The notes beneath the pieces were generated by a model. That model ran no database searches. It saw only the letters and a list, made by a program, of their open reading frames with translations, and was not told where the DNA came from. Positions 16,448 through 24,139 of a stretch of 41,672 nt of DNA are shown piece after piece; the stretch's first letter is position 1, and every line of letters starts with the position of its first letter. This DNA comes from a virus (taxonomy: Duplodnaviria; Caudoviricetes). The translations under genes and the position numbers were made by a program. The DNA is taken from positions 1 through 41,672 of IMG/VR virus record IMGVR_UViG_3300011439_000006; one strand, written 5' to 3'.

Positions 16448-17161
16448 GTGAGCCAGACGACGAGCGCACCAGCACCCACCAGCCTCCTGGACGAGGCGAT
16501 GCAGCACACCGGGGAGCGGGAGCCGATCTACCACGGCACGTTCCAGGCGGAGGCCCGCGCCGTCAGGCTGGTCAAGGGCGTCGGGAAGGTCGCCTTCGAC
16601 GACGCGACCGACGACCCCTCCGAGCGCCGGGTCTCGGTGGACGTGACGGTGGTGCCCCTGGACCCGCTGCGGGGGCCCATCACGCGCTCCATGATCACCT
16701 CCAGCGCGGAGTGGAAGCTGCTGCGGGAGTCGCTCCTGCGCCTGGGCCTGCAGCTCTCCCAGGCCAACGGGCAGGCGGTGCGGATCCGCTTCGTGGAGGA
16801 CGCGGCGCTGGGCACCTACACGGACAAGGCGGGGCTGACCAAGCCCCGCACGGCGCTGGTGCTGGAGGCCGTCTTCCCCTCCGAGCAGGACGCCCTGGAG
16901 GACTCCCAGCGGCTCCGGACGGCCGGGCCTTCGGCAGGGGGCGCTCCCGCAGGGGCCCCTGCCCCCGCCCCCGCTGGCGCGCCTCCTCCGGGGGGCATCA
17001 GCAAGCCGATCGCCGAGGCCTTCCTCCCCGGCCTGTGGAAGGCGGCCGGGGGCGACCGGGCGGTGTTCGCGAACATCCTCAAGACGAGCCCCGCCGGCGC
17101 CCACTTCGACCTGACGTCGCCGGAAGTCGTGGCCCTCACGGGGCAGACCTCCGGTGCCTGA
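16448..17161 (+). CDS. Hypothetical protein (possibly ssDNA-binding)
   Basis: GAGGAG RBS; beta-rich core; precedes recombination genes; function speculative. Confidence 0.6.
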   Translation: MSQTTSAPAPTSLLDEAMQHTGEREPIYHGTFQAEARAVRLVKGVGKVAFDDATDDPSERRVSVDVTVVPLDPLRGPITRSMITSSAEWKLLRESLLRLGLQLSQANGQAVRIRFVEDAALGTYTDKAGLTKPRTALVLEAVFPSEQDALEDSQRLRTAGPSAGGAPAGAPAPAPAGAPPPGGISKPIAEAFLPGLWKAAGGDRAVFANILKTSPAGAHFDLTSPEVVALTGQTSGA

Positions 17162-17224
17162 GCTGCTTGAGCTGTAGCCCCCGGGTGTGGAGCGGAGGAC
17201 GGCATTCCCTGAGAGGAGCGGACG

Positions 17225-17761
17225 ATGAAAAGGATGACCCAAGGCGCCCAGAAGCCTCGACGGCCGCGCCCACCGCGGATCGTCGTCGAAGTGACGGAGG
17301 AGATCATCGCCAGGTCTGAGCAGCGAAGCAGCGCGCACTGCATGCTGGCGGAAGCCGTCAAGCACGCTGTTCCTACGGCCAGAACGGTCGCGGTCGATCT
17401 GCAAACCATCCGTTTCAGCGATCCAGCGACGCGGTTCCGCTACGTGTACTTAACTCCAGCGCGCTGTCAGGTCGCCCTGGTCATGTTCGACCGGGGCCTC
17501 CACACGGACCCCTTCAAGTTCGTGCTGCGTGGTGCGCAGGTGGTCAGGATGGCGGAGCCAGACCCACGGCCGCGTCCCGAGGGCAAGGGCGTGGCGTTGT
17601 TGCCGGAAGGCCTGAAGCGCGAACTCGTCGGCGAGAACGCCACCACGAGTTCCCCCGTCCCTCGCGTGAGCGGTGGCAAGGCGCCTCCCACGGCTGCACT
17701 CTCGAACACGCGATATGCCGGCCAGCGCCGTGCGTTCGGGCTGCGCAAGCTCAGGGTCTGA
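17225..17761 (+). CDS. Hypothetical protein with atypical codon usage
   Basis: GAGGAG RBS; many A/T-ending codons. Confidence 0.7.
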   Translation: MKRMTQGAQKPRRPRPPRIVVEVTEEIIARSEQRSSAHCMLAEAVKHAVPTARTVAVDLQTIRFSDPATRFRYVYLTPARCQVALVMFDRGLHTDPFKFVLRGAQVVRMAEPDPRPRPEGKGVALLPEGLKRELVGENATTSSPVPRVSGGKAPPTAALSNTRYAGQRRAFGLRKLRV

Positions 17762-17771
17762 GTGCGGACTG

Positions 17772-18524
17772 ATGCCTCCTCCCGCCGTGGTCGCGGCCCT
17801 GCTGGACGACCGGGAGCCGGCGCCGGTGCGCCGGGCCTGCGCCGAGGCCTTCGCCGCGCACGACCCGCCGGTCCCCTGCGAGACGGGGCGCCTGCTGTGG
17901 GGCGACGTGTGGCTCACCTGCGCCGACGGGGCCCTGGTGGTGGCCGAGCGCAAGACGCCGGGCGACCTGGTCGCCTCCGTGGTGGCCGAGCGCCTGCGGG
18001 AGCAGGTGGCGGGCTGCCTCGGGATCACGCCCTGGGTCTACGTGTTGGTCACCGGCACGCTGGCGCCGGGGGACGACGGGTACGCCTGGTGGGACGGGCG
18101 GGGCTCGCGCTTCCGCTGGGAGGCCCTGCAGGGCGCGCTGGCGGACGTGCAGCAGATGGGCGCGGCGGTGCTCACCTGCCAGGGGGACGCCGACGTGGCG
18201 CCCACCCTGCTGCGCCTGGCCCGCCGCTCTCGAGAGGCGGTGCGCCTGGTCCCGGCCCGGCCGGCGGCGCGGGTGGACGACCGCCTGGCCTTCCTGGCCT
18301 CGCTGCCGGGGATCGGGCTGGAGGAGGCCCAGGCCCTGCTCGAGCACTGCGGGTCGCCGGCGGTGGCGCTGCACTGCCTGACCGACGGCAAGGCCCTGCC
18401 CCCCGGCGTCGGGCCCGTCGCCTGCGCCGAGGCCCGCCGGCTGCTCGGCCTGGAGGACGGGTTCATCCTGGCGCTCGCCGTGGAGGAGGCGCTGGTGACA
18501 GGGGAGGAGGAGGACGCCGCGTGA
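17772..18524 (+). CDS. ERCC4/XPF-family nuclease with helix-hairpin-helix tail
   Basis: GDVW...VAERKTPGDLVASV (GD-ERKxxxD); LASLPGIGLEEAQALL. Confidence 0.85.
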   Translation: MPPPAVVAALLDDREPAPVRRACAEAFAAHDPPVPCETGRLLWGDVWLTCADGALVVAERKTPGDLVASVVAERLREQVAGCLGITPWVYVLVTGTLAPGDDGYAWWDGRGSRFRWEALQGALADVQQMGAAVLTCQGDADVAPTLLRLARRSREAVRLVPARPAARVDDRLAFLASLPGIGLEEAQALLEHCGSPAVALHCLTDGKALPPGVGPVACAEARRLLGLEDGFILALAVEEALVTGEEEDAA

Positions 18525-19276
18525 GCGATCCGCTGTGGGAGCAGGCGGGGCGGTTGCACGCCTCGCGGCTGTTCAAGACGTCCAGCACGGAGCACGCCTA
18601 CGCGATCCTCCTCGCCGGCCAGGAGATGGGGATCGGGCCCACCACGGCCTTAGGGAACATCACCGTCATCTCGGGCAAGCCCGCGCTGGGGGCGGCGCTG
18701 GTGGGCGCGCTGATCCAGCGGTCGGGGCGCTACACGTACCAGGTGACCGAGATGACCGACCAGCGGGTCTCGATCGACTTCCACGAGCGGGCCATGCAGT
18801 TCATCCCCGGGGGCCCGCAGGGGGAGAACCGCAAGCTGGGCACGTCGACCTTCACCCTGGACGACGCTCGGAAGGCCGGGCTGGCGGGCAGCCAGACCTG
18901 GAAGAGTTACCCCCGCAATTTGCTGGTGGCCAGGGCGCTGACGAACGGGGCGCGGTGGTACACGCCGAGCGTCTTCGCCGGGGCGGTGTATGACCCGAGC
19001 GAGCTGGAGGCCGTGCAGCCCGCTGTGGCGCCAGGGCCCCCCGGGGGGGCGCCGGAGACGAGCAACGGTGTGGACACGGCGGCGACCCTCGAGCAGCTGC
19101 TCGACCGCTACGGGGCCGACGCGATCGTCGCGGCCACGGGGGGCGGGATCCCGGCCACGGCGGAGGAGGTGGCGGCGGTGGCCGAGCGCCTGGCTCAGTC
19201 GCCGGAGGCGGCGGGCTTGCCCGCAACGGGTGCGGTGACGGAGGCGACCGTGCCCACGGCGGAGGCGGAGACGTGA
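18521..19276 (+). CDS. RecT-like ssDNA-annealing recombinase
   Basis: GQEMGIGP..AL..I.VISGKP, FTLDDARKAGL, WKSYPRNLLVARAL; GTGA coupling. Confidence 0.75.
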   Translation: MSDPLWEQAGRLHASRLFKTSSTEHAYAILLAGQEMGIGPTTALGNITVISGKPALGAALVGALIQRSGRYTYQVTEMTDQRVSIDFHERAMQFIPGGPQGENRKLGTSTFTLDDARKAGLAGSQTWKSYPRNLLVARALTNGARWYTPSVFAGAVYDPSELEAVQPAVAPGPPGGAPETSNGVDTAATLEQLLDRYGADAIVAATGGGIPATAEEVAAVAERLAQSPEAAGLPATGAVTEATVPTAEAET

Positions 19277-19398
19277 GCACCGAGCGCGTGGTGTTCTTCG
19301 TCGTCCTGGGCGCCTGCGTCTGCGGGGCGGTCATCGCCGTGGGCGTGCTGGAGTACGCGGTGTGGCTGGCTTCGCTGGCGGAGCGGAGGCGCAGGTGA
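19273..19398 (+). CDS. Small single-TM membrane protein (41 aa)
   Basis: MSTERVVFFVVLGACVCGAVIAVGVLEYAVWLASLAERRRR; coupled to neighbours on both sides. Confidence 0.65.
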   Translation: MSTERVVFFVVLGACVCGAVIAVGVLEYAVWLASLAERRRR

Positions 19399-20198
19399 TG
19401 GAAGGCCTCTCCTTGCACCACTTGTCCGCCTCGAGCGCCAACACGTACGGCGAGTGTGCGCGTCGGTGGAAGGAGCTGTACCGCGACGGCCTGCCCCGGG
19501 TGGTGAGCCCCCCGCTGGTCTTCGGGAGCGCCTGGGACCTCACCGTGGGCCGCGCCCTGCGCAGCCCGGAGCGGGGCGACGTCACCGTGGGGTCGCTCCT
19601 GGAGGACTGGCGGGCGGTCTGGCCGGAGTGCGTGGGGGAGGCGGAGGCGACGGGCCGCATGGACTGGGGGGGCGACCTCCCGGCCGACCTGGAGAATGAG
19701 GGCCGCCTCTTGTGCGCCCTCCCGAAGACGGCGGAGGTGCTGCGGGCGATGCGGGTGCGGACGGAGCGCGGTGACCCGGCCCTCCAGCGCCGCATCAGCC
19801 TGTCCGTGCCGGGGGTGCCGGTGCCGGTGATCGGGTTCGTGGACTTGTGGCTCGAGGACGGCACGGTGGTCGACGTCAAGACCGCCAGGAGGCCCTGGGC
19901 CGCCTCCAAGCCGCGCACCGACCTGCAACCCCGCGTCTACCTCGCCGCCCTGCAGCAGGAGGGCTTCCCGCTCTCCGGGCTGCGCTTCCGCCACCTGGTG
20001 TGGGTGCGGGGGTCGCGCCCGCAGCTGCAGGTGCTGGACACGGAGTTCTCTCAGGGAGAACTCTTCGTCGCCCTGGACGCCCTGCGGGAGACGTGGCGGG
20101 GGATCGCCGCGGGTGTGTTCCCGCCCAACTTCGGCTGCTGGCGCTGCGGGCCCGCCTGCGAGGTGTACCGGGCGGGCCGGTGCCTGGGGAGGCGCTGA
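19398..20198 (+). CDS. PD-(D/E)XK exonuclease, RecB/AddB/Cas4-like
   Basis: LSASS...ECARRW, GFVDL...VDVKT, Q..VY, C-terminal CWRC...C...C. Confidence 0.85.
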   Translation: MEGLSLHHLSASSANTYGECARRWKELYRDGLPRVVSPPLVFGSAWDLTVGRALRSPERGDVTVGSLLEDWRAVWPECVGEAEATGRMDWGGDLPADLENEGRLLCALPKTAEVLRAMRVRTERGDPALQRRISLSVPGVPVPVIGFVDLWLEDGTVVDVKTARRPWAASKPRTDLQPRVYLAALQQEGFPLSGLRFRHLVWVRGSRPQLQVLDTEFSQGELFVALDALRETWRGIAAGVFPPNFGCWRCGPACEVYRAGRCLGRR

Positions 20199-20521
20199 TG
20201 CCGAAGCACGTCGCGAACCGCGTCACGGTCGAGGACCTGGACGAGATCGAGCACTGGGCGGGGCAGTTGGACGACCTGTGGGTCATCGTGCCACGGCGGG
20301 ACGCCGTGGCACGCACGCGGGGCGTCAGCGGCTACGGGGAGAAGCAGCGGATGGCCGACACGCTCTTCGACCTGATCGGCGAGGTGCGTCGGCTGCGCGT
20401 GGCCCTGTCGTTCGCCAAGAGCGTCATCCACAGCGGGGAGGACTGGTCGCCGAGCTGCGACGAGATGATCGACGGCGCCCTCTCTGCGGACGCCCCGGCA
20501 GGGGACAGCGAGCATGCCTGA
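20198..20521 (+). CDS. Hypothetical protein
   Basis: TGATG coupling, GGAGG RBS. Confidence 0.65.
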   Translation: MPKHVANRVTVEDLDEIEHWAGQLDDLWVIVPRRDAVARTRGVSGYGEKQRMADTLFDLIGEVRRLRVALSFAKSVIHSGEDWSPSCDEMIDGALSADAPAGDSEHA

Positions 20522-20780
20522 CGCGGACGCGGTGCGGCGCTACGTGGAGGAGCTGCCCGCGGAGGAGGCCTTCGAGCCGGCCCAGCACGCACTGGTGCGG
20601 GTCGCCCTCAAGTGGCTGCACCTGCTGACCCCCGAAGAGCGCCAGGAGTTCCGGGGCATCCTGATCGAGTACGAGCCGTACGAGCCCGGTCTGGTGCCCG
20701 TCGAGGGCTACGTGCCCATCCGCGTCACGCTGCTGAAGCGCGAGCCGGTGGAAGAAGGGAGCGCGGCGTGCCAGGACTGA
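20514..20780 (+). CDS. Hypothetical protein
   Basis: Overlapping operon position, codon bias. Confidence 0.6.
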   Translation: MPDADAVRRYVEELPAEEAFEPAQHALVRVALKWLHLLTPEERQEFRGILIEYEPYEPGLVPVEGYVPIRVTLLKREPVEEGSAACQD

Positions 20781-21736
20781 GCCGGCAGCTGCACCGCCCG
20801 GCGGTGGTGGGGGCGCTCGGGGGCCACACGGCCCGCCTGACCCCGGAAGACGACCACCTGGTCTTCGTCAGCAGCTACCACCAGGGCCTCGTCGCCGAGT
20901 TCAAGCAGGCCGTGCCCCCGAGCGCCAGGAAGTGGGAGCGCGACCGGCGGGCCTGGCTGGTCGACCCCGCCTACGGCGATACGGTGGCTCGCCTGTGCGA
21001 GCTGTACCTGGGCGTGAAGCCGACGGTGCCGGCGGTCAGCCCGGTGGCCGCAGCGGCCCCGCAGCCCGTGGTGCGCCTGCTGGTGGTGGAGTACCTGGGG
21101 GGCGCCCGGCTGCGCCCCGGCGGGCAGGTGACGGCCATGGGCTGGGTGGACGGGGAGTGGCGGGTGGCGTTCGACGTCGCCGTGCTGCGCCGCTTCTTCG
21201 AGCCCGGCTACGGCGAGACGCAGGTGGTGTCCGGTGATGAGAGCGGCGGGCCTCCGCCGACGCTCTACGCGCTCCTGGGGGTGACCGGGCAGGCCACGGG
21301 GGACGAGCTGAGGGCGGCCTTCCGGCGCCAGGCCCTGCACCTGCACCCCGACCGCAACCGGGAGCCGGACGCAGCCGACCGCTTCCGCCAGGCCAAGGAG
21401 GCCTACGACCTGCTGCGCGACCCCCTGAGCCGGCGCAAGTACGACGTGGGGCTGGCCTTCGAGGCGGACGCCCAGCAGTACGAGGCGCTCGACCGGCGCC
21501 GGCGCCAATGGCGACAGGAGCCCCTCCCCGAGCAGACGGTGTACCGGGCGCCGGTGACCAACGGCGTCTTCCTCCTGCGCGGGACGCCCCGGCTGGGGGT
21601 GTTCGTCGCGGCGGAGGTGCTCCAGCGGGAGGACATCACCTCGAGGGACGGCGCCGTCCTGGTGAGCAGCTGGCCCAAGGACGGGGAGACCTTCGAGCGC
21701 CGGTGGGTGCGTCCCGGGGACGTGGCCGTGCCCTGA
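20768..21736 (+). CDS. J-domain (DnaJ-type) protein with N-terminal HARP-like domain
   Basis: LYALLGV...ELRAAFRRQALHLHPDRN...FRQAKEAYDLLRDPLSRRKYD with intact HPD; N-terminal YHQGLVAEFK...RKWERDRRAWLV. Confidence 0.85.
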   Translation: MPGLSRQLHRPAVVGALGGHTARLTPEDDHLVFVSSYHQGLVAEFKQAVPPSARKWERDRRAWLVDPAYGDTVARLCELYLGVKPTVPAVSPVAAAAPQPVVRLLVVEYLGGARLRPGGQVTAMGWVDGEWRVAFDVAVLRRFFEPGYGETQVVSGDESGGPPPTLYALLGVTGQATGDELRAAFRRQALHLHPDRNREPDAADRFRQAKEAYDLLRDPLSRRKYDVGLAFEADAQQYEALDRRRRQWRQEPLPEQTVYRAPVTNGVFLLRGTPRLGVFVAAEVLQREDITSRDGAVLVSSWPKDGETFERRWVRPGDVAVP

Positions 21737-21754
21737 CCCGAGGGAGGGCGACAG

Positions 21755-21816
21755 AGCACCACTTAGCACCACTCGGGACCACTCAGCACCACTCGGCACA
21801 ACGCACCGCCACTCGG
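21755..21816. repeat. Helically phased 10-bp degenerate repeats (core CCACTYRG)
   Basis: Cores at 21759, 21769, 21779, 21789 and 21809, intergenic. Confidence 0.85.
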
Positions 21817-21841
21817 AAGACGGGACGGGGAGGGACGGGAC

Positions 21842-22288
21842 GTGGATGCCACGCAGACGGCGAAACCGGAGCGCTACACCCGCAGCACCACGGCGCAGGG
21901 CCTGCGCCTGATCACCCGCCTGGACGGGCGGCCTCTGGGGACGCCGCCGCCGGCGCCGGACCCGCAGCTGCAGGAGGCCCGGGACCTCATCCGCCGCGCA
22001 GCCCAGGCCCTGCGCCGCCCCGTCTCCGTGTGGCGCCCACCGCCCCTCAGGGCGCCGGCCTCGCGGCCCCCGGAACTGGCGCGGATCGACGGGGCGGCGC
22101 TGTGCCGTGCGCGCGCGGTCGCCCGCATCTCGCAGCGCGACCTGGCCGCGGAGCTGGACTACTCCCGTAGCGTGGTGGCGGAGGCCGAGCGGGGGCGGCG
22201 GTCGGTGCCGGAGCGGCTGGCCTGGTGGGCCTACCGCGTGCTGCACGCCGCCGGGCAGCCCGTGCCTCCCGATGGAGGGGTGCGGTGA
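21842..22288 (+). CDS. XRE-family HTH protein
   Basis: LCRARAVARISQRDLAAELDYSRSVVAEAERGRR. Confidence 0.75.
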   Translation: MDATQTAKPERYTRSTTAQGLRLITRLDGRPLGTPPPAPDPQLQEARDLIRRAAQALRRPVSVWRPPPLRAPASRPPELARIDGAALCRARAVARISQRDLAAELDYSRSVVAEAERGRRSVPERLAWWAYRVLHAAGQPVPPDGGVR

Positions 22289-22716
22289 ACGCGCGCCGCC
22301 CCGGGCTTCGCCCGCCAAGGGGGGCGTGGGCGTGGTGGTACTGGTCGCTCGGCTTCGCCGCGGGGTCGCTGCTGGCTTCGTACCTCACCCTGGCCTGCGC
22401 CGTCGGCAGCGCGCAAAGCCCAGGGGGCCCCTCAGGGGAGGTGCGGGCGGCCCTGGCGAGCGCGTCGGCGGCCTACGGGGTGCCCTACGCCGACCTCTCG
22501 AGGGTGGCCTGGTGCGAAAGCCGGTGGAGGCCCTGGGTCGATAACGACCAGGGCAGCGGGGCGCAGGGGTTGTTCCAGTTCATGCCGCGCACGTACCGCT
22601 GGATGTCCCAGCAGGCGGGCTGGGGCGGCAGCAGCCCGTACGACCCCTGGGCCGCGGCCCATGTGGCTGCTTGGGCTTTTGCCAACAATTACGCAACCCA
22701 TTGGTCATGTAGATGA
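22285..22716 (+). CDS. Secreted/membrane lytic transglycosylase (SLT/Rpf-like)
   Basis: N-terminal hydrophobic helix; CES, GAQGLFQFMPRTY, YDP, HWSC. Confidence 0.85.
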   Translation: MNARRPGLRPPRGAWAWWYWSLGFAAGSLLASYLTLACAVGSAQSPGGPSGEVRAALASASAAYGVPYADLSRVAWCESRWRPWVDNDQGSGAQGLFQFMPRTYRWMSQQAGWGGSSPYDPWAAAHVAAWAFANNYATHWSCR

Positions 22717-22806
22717 ACAGGTCTTCTCGGTACGCTCAACTGAGAGCGATGCCCCCGCGCTGCTTGCGACAGCCGGGGGCGTGGCACGCGGTAGTGGAGG
22801 TACCGA

Positions 22807-23526
22807 ATGCGGAGCGACTCTATCAATCGCATAACGCTGCCTTGCGAGTGGTGCGGGCGGCGGATGGAGGTCGTCCCCTCGCTGGCGGACCGCAAGCGCT
22901 TCCACGACCAGGGCTGCTACGACGCCTGGCGGCAGGCACAGGCGCGTCTCGTAGTCGAGCAGCGGTTCGACGCCAAGTGGGCCCCCCGCCCCGATGGCTG
23001 TCGGGAGTGGTCGGCGTCCCGGACGCCGTCAGGCTATGGGAAGTTCTTCATCGAGGGCCGGCTCGTGCCGGCGCACCAGTACGCATACGAGCGCGCGTAT
23101 GGGCCGGTGCCGCAGGGATTGGTCATCGACCACCTCTGCCGCAACCGCTTCTGCGTCAACCCCGACCATCTGGAGGCCGTGCCACAGCGCGTCAACCTGG
23201 CTCGGGGGATGTCGCCCCCGGCGATCGCGAACCGCCGGGGGACCTGCGGCAAGGGGCACCCCTATACGGTACGCGGGGGCAGGAACTTCTGCTCCATCTG
23301 CACCAGGGAGAACGAGCGGCGCCGTGGCGCGCGGCGCAAGGCAGCCCGCTTGGCCCGCGGGCTGAAGGGGCCGGCCACGCACTGCCGGAACGGGCACCTC
23401 TTTACCCAGGAGACGACCGCCTGGATCACGCGGGGCGACGGCAAACGCTCCCGCTACTGCCGCCTCTGCAAGAACGCGACATGGCGGCGGATGTACCAGC
23501 GACGGATGGCAACGGCTTCTGGTTAG
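22807..23526 (+). CDS. HNH homing endonuclease
   Basis: CEWCG, GCREW...GYG, AHQYAYE, IDHLCRNRFCVNPDHLEAV...N, two C..GH zinc modules; GGAGG RBS. Confidence 0.92.
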   Translation: MRSDSINRITLPCEWCGRRMEVVPSLADRKRFHDQGCYDAWRQAQARLVVEQRFDAKWAPRPDGCREWSASRTPSGYGKFFIEGRLVPAHQYAYERAYGPVPQGLVIDHLCRNRFCVNPDHLEAVPQRVNLARGMSPPAIANRRGTCGKGHPYTVRGGRNFCSICTRENERRRGARRKAARLARGLKGPATHCRNGHLFTQETTAWITRGDGKRSRYCRLCKNATWRRMYQRRMATASG

Positions 23527-23528
23527 AG

Positions 23529-23573
23529 GCCTTCGTTAACGGGTACGCGCAGCACTGGAGGTCTTGCTGGTGA
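23529..23573 (+). pseudogene. Stranded original 3' end of the transglycosylase gene
   Basis: Encodes AFVNGYAQHWRSCW*, versus AFANNYATHWSCR* at 22675-22716. Confidence 0.75.
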
Positions 23574-24139
23574 GCACGTCGATCGTGGCCGGGAGCCTGG
23601 CGGCGCTGGCCCAGCGCCAGAACGTGGGGGTCGCCTGCCTGTTCGCGGACGCCACGCACGTCGTGGTCGTAGACGTCAGCGGGAGTATGGCGAACGCCGA
23701 CTCCCGGGGGGGGCGGCGGCGGATCGACGTGGCCAGGGAGGAGCTGGCCAAGCTGCAGGCGCAGCACCCCGGGAGGCTGGCCATCATCGGCTTCTCGGAG
23801 CGGGCCCGCTTCCTCCCCGGCGGGGTGGTGCCGGAGGCGGAGACCAACACCGACCTGGCCGGAGCGCTCGGGTACGCCCGGCGGGTGGACGGGACGGGCC
23901 TGGCCCTGGTGGTGATCACGGACGGCCAGCCGGACGACGCGACGGCCGCCCTCGCGGAGGCGCAGCGCTTCACGTGCCGGATCGACGTGGTGTTCGTGGG
24001 GGACGAGGCGGACGCCGGCGCCCAGCTGTTCTGCAAGCTGCTCGCCCGCTCGGGTCGGGGCACGGCCTCGCAGGCGTTCCGGGTGGGGGGCATGGCGGAG
24101 GCCGTGACGCCGCTGCTCAGCGCAGGTGCCTCGCGGTGA
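23570..24139 (+). CDS. von Willebrand factor A domain protein
   Basis: MIDAS DVSGSM, TDLAGAL, VITDGQPD, IDVVFVG. Confidence 0.9.
   Translation: MSTSIVAGSLAALAQRQNVGVACLFADATHVVVVDVSGSMANADSRGGRRRIDVAREELAKLQAQHPGRLAIIGFSERARFLPGGVVPEAETNTDLAGALGYARRVDGTGLALVVITDGQPDDATAALAEAQRFTCRIDVVFVGDEADAGAQLFCKLLARSGRGTASQAFRVGGMAEAVTPLLSAGASR

Noticed and set aside
5246-16960. Shared string gggggcgctcccgc near 5247 and 16937
   Set aside because: Both encode low-complexity AGGAPAG linkers; likely compositional coincidence
16385-21816. CRISPR mini-arrays linked to the Cas4-like nuclease
   Set aside because: Repeats are 10-bp tandem units without spacers; the nuclease sits in an ordinary recombination module
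22675-23530. Group I intron carrying the HNH
   Set aside because: Only about 90 nt of non-coding sequence, no recognisable catalytic core, and the upstream gene already has a complete substitute end
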